From: Candidatus Latescibacterota bacterium
Lineage (GTDB): Bacteria > Latescibacterota > UBA2968 > GCA-2709665
Assembly: GCA_965226795.1 (NCBI GenBank)
Contig: CBDDDZ010000002.1
Coordinates: 256,001 to 320,000, forward strand
Direction of reading: 5' to 3'
DNA: 64,000 nt
Of this stretch, positions 57,805 through 64,000 are shown in pieces. A model generated the notes under the pieces. That model made no database searches. It was not told the origin of the DNA and saw nothing but the letters and a program-made list of their open reading frames with translations. Numbering within the stretch: the first letter of the stretch is position 1; the number at the start of each line of letters is the position of its first letter. The position numbers and the translations under genes are program-made.

Positions 57805-58779
57805 ATGAAGGTTCTGTATCTGGGTGTTGAGGATATGTTACAGCCGTGGTACAACGACTTCAGGGCGGCCATTGCAGGACGGCATACGGTGTGCCTGTAC
57901 GATCCGGAGAAACCCATGGCCGGACAGTTCGAGGACGTGGAGGTCGTGGTGGATCAGGGGGGGTCGGTGGGCACTCGAACCCTGATCGATGCCGGGCTGG
58001 CCGCCCGCGTCAAGCTGTGGCAGGTGCTGGGAACGGGGGTGGATCACGTGGACGTGGCGTATTTCCTGGAAAAAGGTCTGGCGCTTTCCAATACGCCGGG
58101 ACCGTTCAGCGCAGTGGCGCTGGCGGAGCACGCGATGTTTTTGATGCTCTATTTCGCGAAGCGGTTCGACGAGCACGTGCGTAACCTCCGGTCGGAGGTG
58201 TTTTACCTGCCGCTGAGCGAGGAACTGGCGGGAAAGACGCTCGGGCTGGTGGGGTTGGGCGCGAGCGGACAGGCTGTGGCGGCGAGAGCGAAGGCGATGG
58301 GAATGCGGATTGTGGCCGTCGACGCGGCGGATGTCCCGCGGGAAAGGCTGGATGAACTGGGGGTGGAGGTGTTTGTGGGTCCGTCCGAATTGAAAACAGT
58401 GCTCGAGCAGGCGGACTACGTGTCGTTGCACGTGCCGTTGACGTCCAAAACCCGCCACCTGATCGATCGTGAGGCGTTGGAGACGATGAAGACGACGGCG
58501 GTGCTGATCAACGTGGCCAGGGGAGAAATCGCGGATGAGGGCGCGCTGGTCGAGGCGTTGGAGAGCGGGCGGATCAGAGGCGCCGGGCTGGATGTGTTTG
58601 CCGAGGAGCCGCTGCCTCCGGACCATCCGCTGCTTCGGATGCCGAACGTCGTGGCCACACCCCATACCGCCGGCCAGACCTACGGTACATCGAGAAGACG
58701 CGGGGAGGCGTGTGCGGAGAATGTGGAGCGGGTTGCACAGGGGTTGGAGCCGCTGTATCGAATCACTGAAGTGGGCTGA
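57805..58779 (+). CDS. D-isomer-specific 2-hydroxyacid dehydrogenase
   Basis: GLGASG, SLHVPL, INVARG, GLDVFAEEPL and ATPH motifs. Confidence 0.93.
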   Translation: MKVLYLGVEDMLQPWYNDFRAAIAGRHTVCLYDPEKPMAGQFEDVEVVVDQGGSVGTRTLIDAGLAARVKLWQVLGTGVDHVDVAYFLEKGLALSNTPGPFSAVALAEHAMFLMLYFAKRFDEHVRNLRSEVFYLPLSEELAGKTLGLVGLGASGQAVAARAKAMGMRIVAVDAADVPRERLDELGVEVFVGPSELKTVLEQADYVSLHVPLTSKTRHLIDREALETMKTTAVLINVARGEIADEGALVEALESGRIRGAGLDVFAEEPLPPDHPLLRMPNVVATPHTAGQTYGTSRRRGEACAENVERVAQGLEPLYRITEVG

Positions 58780-58792
58780 GGCCGGCGAAGGA

Positions 58793-58826
58793 GGTCTCTG
58801 AGCCAGTCGAAGGGCTGCCGAAGGGG
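58793..58826 (-). repeat. CCCTTCGAC..GCTCAG-type repeat, divergent copy 3
   Basis: Minus strand reads CCCCTTCGGCAGCCCTTCGACTGGCTCAGAGACC. Confidence 0.5.
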
Positions 58827-58890
58827 TTTTCGGAGATCACTACTACTGCTCCCGTTCATTCGTGAACCGGCGTGGTATGAGGACTGCAAA

Positions 58891-61800
58891 TTGACCCGCG
58901 AACTGGATATCGAACTGGAGCGGAAAGACGTGTGGGAGGCGGGGCGCGAACCCACCTCGCTGGGCGAACTTGCCCGGATGGAAATCGCGAAGCATATCTG
59001 GGATAGCCGACACAGTTCCAAGCTGACCGGATTCGAGTACGCAAAGCGTCGGGGAACGCGAAATATGATGGATCCCGCCACACCGCGTCTGGATCAGCCT
59101 CAGGGGACGTACACGGGTCTTTGCGTGTTGGAACGAGGATGCGCTGGTGGTTTCCGCGGCATGCGAAGGGCGGACGGACGGGGAAGATCGTCTTGTCGTG
59201 GCGGTGCTGTCGGGGGGAGATTCGCTTCTTCAGTTCGAGTGCAAATCGGATGGGACGGCCCGGTTGCCGGAAGGAACGGGGCGGGCGACGTTCGACGTGG
59301 AGCCGGGAGAGAACGGCTGGTTGGCGCGCCTGACGGTACCTTGGGCGATGCTCGGCGTGCGGCCGCGACCCGGGCTGCAGCTTCCTCTCAACGTCGCGCG
59401 GTTCGTGAATTGGACGGACACGCCGCCGCCCGCGATGCTACCCGACGGGTTTGTGGTCAACGGCCTCACGCGCATCCAGCCGGGGCTGGAAGTGAGTACG
59501 TTGAGCCGGATGATGCGGTATCCAACCGCCAGTGATCCGCTACGGGCCGATCGGCTGGGCCGCCTGGTGCTGAGCCCTCGGCTGACAATCGGGGACGTGA
59601 GGCTGCGCGACGTGGGCCCAACGCAAAAGGCGTTGGATGTGAATCTAAGGCCCGCGCCGACACTGCCCGATACGCTTGATGTACGCGTCGTGCTTGCGGA
59701 TCCGTATGGCAGGGAGACGGTATTTGTAGACAGGGCTCAGGGCGCCGGTGAGATGAGGATGCGGCTCGAGTATATGTTTAGTACGTTCAGGGGCTTTCTG
59801 TATCCGTACCGTCTCACGGTTTCGGTATCCGATCCTGAGACCGGGGCGATGCTGGCGGATGAGCGGTGTGAATTTCTGCCGTCCCGGCGTGTCCGCCTGG
59901 ATCCGTTGCGCCTGGGTAACGATCAGCGCGGCACCGGCCGGTTTCGGATGGCAGGGGAAGGCCTCGCGGGCACACAGTGGCAGGCGTCGCTGGTGAATGA
60001 CGCGGGCGAGGCCCTGGACAGGGGCCGGGTCCTGGCGGATTCGGACGACGTTGCCTTTGATGTGAGTATCGGAGAAGTGCCCAGGGGGCGTTACATATTG
60101 CGTCTGACCCCGGCGGGGTTGAACGCGGCAGGCCATCTGGAATGCCCGTGTAACGTAATGGGTGCGAGGCCTCAGCCCCTTGTGATGTTGGGCCACGAGG
60201 ACGTCGTGCGGCTGCGGGTTGAGGCGAAGGAAGGGGGTCTGAAACCGCATTACCTGGCGATGAAGGCCGGGGTGGATGAGGTTCTTGAACGGGGTACGAT
60301 CCTGGAGCGCAGCCTCTCGCCCGCGGGGACGGAGGTCCGTGAGATCGGAATCGACGACCTGCTGGCCGGCGAAGAACTGCTGATGCAGGGCCACGCGGAG
60401 GATACGCTCTTTCAGCGGGACCCTCACCAGATGATGGCCGTAGCGCTCGTCTATCTGATCGAGCGCGATGAACGTTACGGCATTCTGGCCGGAAAGATGG
60501 TACAGGTGCTTGTGGAGCGCGTTCTGTGGGGAGACCCGCGGGTATACGGGGCGGACCCCGACCTGATGTGGAAGGCGATGTATTGCGCACTGGCGATGGA
60601 CTGGCTTGGGGGCCTGTTTACGCCGGACGAGCGGCGGGTGCTGAGCGATCGATTGGTAGAGAACGGGTTGCTGGTGTACCTGTGGGCCATGGAGAACAAT
60701 CAGGCCTACTGGAAAGGACGAATTTCGAACCTCACGCCGATATCGGATAGTGTTGCTTCCGCGTTGGCCCTTTGCCTTCGGGATGAGGCGGTGGATGCCG
60801 AAGCGGTGCTGAAAATTTCCAGGGAAGACATCGGAACGCCGATGCGCGCGTTCCCGCCTGACGGGTCCTGGCCGGAATCCGTCAACTACTGGGCGGTGTT
60901 CCTGCGCGGGGTGATATTGCACGGTGCGGCGATGGAGTCCGCAACGGGCGCGGACGACGGAGTTTTTTCACTGACCGGCATGCGGGATACGGGATATTTC
61001 CCCATTTACTTTACGCCTCGGGGCGTACCGGCCGGGTTCAACGACGGCATGAATGAAGGAGCGGCCCCTTTTCTTCATCTACTGGCGCGTCGGTATAACG
61101 AGCCCCTTTTTTCGCTGTACGCGGATGCGTACGGTGGAGGAGGTGAAAACAGGCGTTCGGATTGGAATACGGTCATGTGGCGTTCTCCCGGGATTCCCTA
61201 TCTGCCCCCCGCGCCGCGTACCGCGGTGGGCGACAGGCCCGCACCCGCGGCGTTGGGATCGAAAATGACGGGGTTAAAGCGCCTGCGGGTCTACGAGGAG
61301 ATCCGTTGGGCCGCGCTCGCCTCGTGCTGGCCCAATCCGGCGCTGTACGTGTCGTTCAAGAGCGGATACGCCGTTCCGGGTTTAGGGCATATGAGCAGGG
61401 ATCTGAACGCGATCCAGGTGGTGGCGGAAGGAGAGCCGCTGATCCGGCGAAGCCACGACTACAGTACGCCGCCGGAGGGATACAGCACCACGCTGGTCGA
61501 CGGCAAGCCGCAGGGGCCGGGTACGGGCACGTTCCTGTATTGGGAGGAGGCGTCCCGGCATCTCGCCATCGCGGCGGAGGCGGACCGTTCGTTCGGAGAG
61601 GGCGTCAGCCGGGTCCGGCGGCATATCATCATGGTGGACGGACGGTACCTGGTTGTCGTGGACGAAGTAAGGGCTGACCGCCCGGTCCGGGTGACGTTTA
61701 TGGCGCAAACGGCCGGGGAAATACACAGCGATGCCGGGCGGTGCGAGATCCGTGGCAAGAAGACGCGTCTGTCAATGGCGTTTGCCGGATCGGCGGTTAT

Positions 61801-62050
61801 GACAGACCGCGTGCCCTCGCCGGACTGCGTGATGACCCGACTCACGGAGCGGGCGCTTCACGCAACCACGGTCGCGGAACGGGAGATCGAGTTGCTCGCC
61901 GTCATCTGGCCGGAACGCCATGAGACCGAATCGCCCGCTTGCGGTTGGGACGGCGAACGCCTGGCGGTTCACCGGCCGGACGGTGTAAAGGACGTATTGG
62001 TCTTCGGGCGGGAGAATTCCGATATGCGATTTCTGCGCGTTGAGGGGTAG
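58891..62050 (+). CDS. large heparinase II/III-like protein with CBM9-like N-terminus; probable frameshift near 59103-59106
   Basis: Main ORF 59147-62050 has ISNLT, DGSWPESVNYW, FND and SFKSG..GH motifs. Its frame extends upstream as RTRVFACWNEDAL with no start codon; an RBS-led ORF from 58891 joins it if one G is removed. Confidence 0.7.
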
Positions 62051-62108
62051 GACCGCCCGAGACGCGTCTCACGCCCGTTGATTCCACATGTGACGGAAAG
62101 GACCGTAA

Positions 62109-64000
62109 ATGGCAACAGCGAATATCACCTGGACGAAGATCGACGAAGCGCCCGCGCTGGCCACCTGTGCGTTTCTGCCGATCGTCCAGTCGTACACCCG
62201 GGGATCCGGCATCGAAGTCGAACTCAGCGACATCTCGCTTGCCGGCAGGATCATTGCCAACTTCCCGGAAAACCTGACCGAAGCGCAGCGTATTCCAGAT
62301 TGTCTGAGTGAACTCGGCGCCCTGACCGGGAAACCCGAGGCCAATATTCTCAAACTGCCCAATATCAGCGCGACGGTCCCGCAACTGAAGGCGGCAATTA
62401 AGGAGTTGCAGGACAGAGGCTACGACATTCCCGACTATCCTGACGAACCCCGGAACGACGCCGAGCGCGCGCTGCAGGCCCGATTCGCCGTGGTGCTCGG
62501 CTCCGCGGTCAATCCGGTTCTGAGGGAGGGAAACTCGGACCGGCGCGCCGCGGCGTCGGTCAAGGAATTCTTCCGTAAACATCCCCATAAAATGATGCGG
62601 CCATGGCCGGAGTCCGGATCCAAGGCCCGGGTCGCCCACATGACCGGGAGGGATTTCTTCGAGAGCGAGAAATCGAGAACAGTGAGCGCGGCGAACAGTG
62701 TGCGGATCGAGTTCGTGGCTAACGACGGCCAGGTAACCCTGCTCAAAGACGGGATATCGCTGGAGGCCTGCGAGGTGGTCGACACCGCGGTGATGAACGT
62801 GAGAGCCCTCCGGCGATTCTATGCGGAGCAGATAGACGCTGCAAAGCGGGACGGGGCGCTGCTGTCACTGCATCTCAAATCCACGATGATGAAAGTCTCC
62901 GATCCCATTATGTTCGGCCACTGTGTGTCGGTGTATTTCCAGGAGGCGCTGGACAAACATGCCGATACGCTGGAGGCGGTCGGGGCCGACGTGAACTACG
63001 GCCTGGCCGATGTGCTGGGCCGGCTCGACCGCCTGCCCGCGGACAAAAAGGCCGAGATCGAGGCCGATTTTGCATCGGTTTATGTCAGTCGTCCGGGACT
63101 GGCCATGGTCGATTCCGATCGCGGCATCACCAACCTGCATATGCCCAACGACGTCATTATCGATGCTTCAATGCCGAACGTGGTCCGCGACGGCGGCAAG
63201 ATGTGGAATCGGGACGGAGAACCGAAGGATACGATCGCCATGGTGCCCGACCGATGTTATGCGACCATGTATAAGGAGATTCTCGAAGACGCGAAAGCGC
63301 GGGGGCAGTTCGATCCGGCCACAATGGGCAGCGTGTCCAACGTGGGTCTTATGGCGCAGAAGGCCGAGGAGTACGGGTCGCACGACAAGACGTTTGAAGC
63401 ACCTGCCGAAGGAGAGATTCGCGTTGTCGACCTGTCCGGTAACGTGATGCTCGGCCAGGCGGTCGAAGTCGGCGATATCTTCCGAATGTGCCAGACGAAG
63501 GACGCCGCGATTCGAGACTGGGTCGGCCTTGCCGTGAAGCGAGCGAAAGCCTCCGCCACGCCGGTGGTGTTCTGGTTGGACCAACGCAGGGCGCACGATG
63601 CGGAAATCATCAGGAAACTGAATGCCTATCTGCCCGAGCATGACACTTCGGGTCTGGACGTCCGCGTGATGAAGCCTCAGGACGCGATGCGGTTTTCGCT
63701 GGAACGGATCCGCAGGGGAGAAGATACGATTGCGGCGACGGGCAACGTACTTCGTGACTATCTGACGGATCTCTTCCCTATTCTGGAACTCGGAACCAGC
63801 GCGAGGATGCTGTCTATCGTGAGATTGATGAACGGCGGCGGGCTGTTCGAGACCGGGGCGGGCGGATCGGCGCCCAAGCACGTCCGGCAGTTCCTGGACG
63901 AGGGGCACTTGAGGTGGGACTCGTTGGGGGAATACTGCGCCCTCGTGCCCTCGTTTCGCCTGATTGCCGAAAACACCGGGAATACAAAGGCAGCGCTATT
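62109..64000 (+). CDS. icd: NADP-dependent isocitrate dehydrogenase, monomeric type (partial, runs off window)
   Basis: [50 protein letters not shown] and [12 protein letters not shown] motifs. Confidence 0.97.
   Translation, partial: MATANITWTKIDEAPALATCAFLPIVQSYTRGSGIEVELSDISLAGRIIANFPENLTEAQRIPDCLSELGALTGKPEANILKLPNISATVPQLKAAIKELQDRGYDIPDYPDEPRNDAERALQARFAVVLGSAVNPVLREGNSDRRAAASVKEFFRKHPHKMMRPWPESGSKARVAHMTGRDFFESEKSRTVSAANSVRIEFVANDGQVTLLKDGISLEACEVVDTAVMNVRALRRFYAEQIDAAKRDGALLSLHLKSTMMKVSDPIMFGHCVSVYFQEALDKHADTLEAVGADVNYGLADVLGRLDRLPADKKAEIEADFASVYVSRPGLAMVDSDRGITNLHMPNDVIIDASMPNVVRDGGKMWNRDGEPKDTIAMVPDRCYATMYKEILEDAKARGQFDPATMGSVSNVGLMAQKAEEYGSHDKTFEAPAEGEIRVVDLSGNVMLGQAVEVGDIFRMCQTKDAAIRDWVGLAVKRAKASATPVVFWLDQRRAHDAEIIRKLNAYLPEHDTSGLDVRVMKPQDAMRFSLERIRRGEDTIAATGNVLRDYLTDLFPILELGTSARMLSIVRLMNGGGLFETGAGGSAPKHVRQFLDEGHLRWDSLGEYCALVPSFRLIAENTGNTKAAL

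Noticed and set aside
739..60922. Long antisense or alternate-frame ORFs (e.g. 739-2208, 20724-22076, 37796-39325, 55076-56362, 59645-60922) and ORFs spanning the repeat elements
   Set aside because: Shadow ORFs of GC-rich genes or translations of non-coding repeats, with no recognisable motifs.

Overview
GC-rich (roughly 60% by eye) bacterial chromosome segment with about 45 catabolic and accessory genes: two heparinase II/III-like proteins, two Ldh_2 oxidoreductases, two Gfo/Idh/MocA proteins, three phytanoyl-CoA dioxygenase-family proteins, amidohydrolases, an aldolase, an enolase-superfamily enzyme, a two-subunit aconitase X, a TPR/GWxTD protein, a Kelch lipoprotein, an LRR-metalloprotease and a monomeric isocitrate dehydrogenase running off the right edge. 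This gene mix suggests a Latescibacterota/Poribacteria-like lineage (inference only). No rRNA, tRNA, CRISPR array or intact transposase/integrase was recognised. The most striking signal is non-coding: six intergenic copies of a modular 0.35-1 kb element. Its two ~200-nt structured arms (L and R) are diverged inverted copies of each other, with compensatory base changes in the L-arm stems. Between the arms lies interchangeable cargo, including GTAG-type REPs and a cassette bounded by direct repeats. An optional 33-bp palindrome sits at one fixed site, and heptamer arrays cap the ends. Also seen: a 336-bp direct repeat of the aconitase X small-subunit gene bracketing the LRR-metalloprotease gene; an AT-rich islet with a nonsense-interrupted RelE-like toxin, a SLATT-like 2TM gene and an interrupted Pro-rich peptide; an IS3-family remnant; and two single-base frameshifts in G-runs. 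All product calls come from motif recognition by eye, with no database search.
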